Below, in pieces: positions 63,801 through 64,000 of a stretch of 64,000 nucleotides of DNA (position 1 is the stretch's first letter; every line of letters begins with the position of its first letter). A program made the position numbers and the translations under genes. Source of the stretch: a virus (Duplodnaviria; Caudoviricetes); the IMG/VR virus record IMGVR_UViG_3300007770_000001. One strand, 5' to 3'. Under the pieces are notes generated by a model, which was not told the origin of the DNA, ran no database searches, and was given only the letters and a program-made list of their open reading frames with translations.

Positions 63801-64000
63801 CTCCACCGACACGGCCTCGGAGAGCACCCTGGTCACCAGCCTCTCGACCAACCAGGCTTCTGTGTATCTGCTCAACAATGGCCTCCTGTACGACACCACT
63901 GATGGAGGAGGAGCGGACGGGTCCTTCAAGGCGGTGTTCCAGGACGATGTGGCTATGGAGCTCCTGGATGCTTCCACCAGCCTGTCTGGTCTGGGGGCAG
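60835..64000 (+). CDS. Large baseplate J / gp6-like wedge protein (3' truncated by window; absent from ORF track)
   Basis: ATG 60835, frame open where checked to window end; PQIKLESGSFTRD, GQATFFT, VGTSGNLAAGQI, GEDVESN..L..R, GTERGY. Confidence 0.82.
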   Translation, partial: MSTNPQVYGPDGVLRTEASYSTTLESKFVQGTIPLDTVDVQVSINGAGWSSDTNLIEWGDGDWTVPNPASEPNGLLLLPGANIIQVRAIRSTGSTTLSAKATISLVSDSDLGSTASAPTNIKVAQENNSVTIQSESSEDEGFRGMLFYASQYPGGGADGYTRINVDMVSEGSLREETTDWATLEATPDVLVDSEGDPVADPMIYRVATQQEDEDETVLQVDINETFEVPESARDLQVFLVLKTIREITVYEFAHSRSAGPSSTPSTVRVGSFATLPSNTPLFYVVTAVYYDSAQNLEYESAHSAEVSGHPSTVTTALASIPTVSRQAIVQEYVKTVFRSNPQIKLESGSFTRDTGMDPFSYETERVRFLVDFFNRARVPELLLQIDDPNGTGTSVPVSQSPYKLALQAALYLSSPADVQAIIDGAFEAYASNYGETRLSGTASQGQATFFTTKKPTRSIPIPLGSVISGGGVQFATTRASSIDFERLASFHNPTTGRYQVTVPIRCLTVGTSGNLAAGQINTVVSSLGGGLSVVNASDLIPGEDVESNLALTVRVRNSLASVDSGTERGYFKTAARVAGVQKVDVISAGEALMQRDLEDGVHRGGKVDIWVQGSKLATVTDTFSFSFEIGTDIQFVLVGDPADLVFQALDPDLSEDNPIVEMLDDASAGYEFKNVTTGEAFDLTGVSVTAFDRIQLSTAVSQPSVSLTDVVLGSYRRRVGNTFVLPRQPVSEITSVVGSVSGTLPDTAVLLVHPDAPLETGRSTLAKDYLQITAYTDDDGNQVPSGETISETDESHVLVGQYAEFLDNLGANYLTIVVKDSTGTITYKGPDDPSGDPDYTVTLGTQTVPVSITRTETGDIPSGATVLVSYDHDENFTVTYKINLVVSLTQDAIDADKHSTADVIVKDAIPIPMDIDATVVLVRGREQSTVGSAIRTNLKNFFANLRLGDPVRQSDIIKVIEDTEGVSYVVVPLTRMVPASGATFIREGVSTDTASESTLVTSLSTNQASVYLLNNGLLYDTTDGGGADGSFKAVFQDDVAMELLDASTSLSGLGA

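Noticed and set aside
1-64000. Stop-codon reassignment
   Set aside because: TGA, TAG and TAA all terminate genes with tight coupling to the next start; conserved genes are not interrupted.
1-64000. CRISPR array or rRNA
   Set aside because: No regularly spaced nucleotide repeats or rRNA-like sequence seen; repeats are protein-level and degenerate.

Overview
64 kb of a GC-rich large tailed-phage (probably jumbo myovirus) genome; host not determinable from this window. It holds: dispersed virion genes (a neck/head-tail protein, baseplate wedge, gp25-like and baseplate J-like proteins, two paralogous giant tail-associated proteins and a beta-helix tailspike); a replication block (SNF2 helicase, phosphoesterase, degenerate DnaC-like loader, DnaB, stand-alone CHC2 primase zinc finger, family A DNA polymerase); rIIA/rIIB; cell-wall enzymes; pyrE; two sulfotransferase-like genes; an ART-like protein; one tRNA with a probable UUA (ochre) anticodon; and many small hypothetical genes. 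The most striking feature is that three of the four putative homing endonucleases sit inside host genes with no recognisable intron. One separates the halves of an atypically split intein (37 aa N part, 130 aa C part) in a structural gene. Two others lie after codon 17 of a giant tail gene and codon 39 of rIIA, each followed by a diverged replacement copy of the 5' end. Two recurrent upstream motifs were found by eye: TTCC-N16-CGTAAC (8 copies) and GGTN-N6-CTAT (7 copies plus variants). All functional calls are from motif recognition only; no database searches were run.
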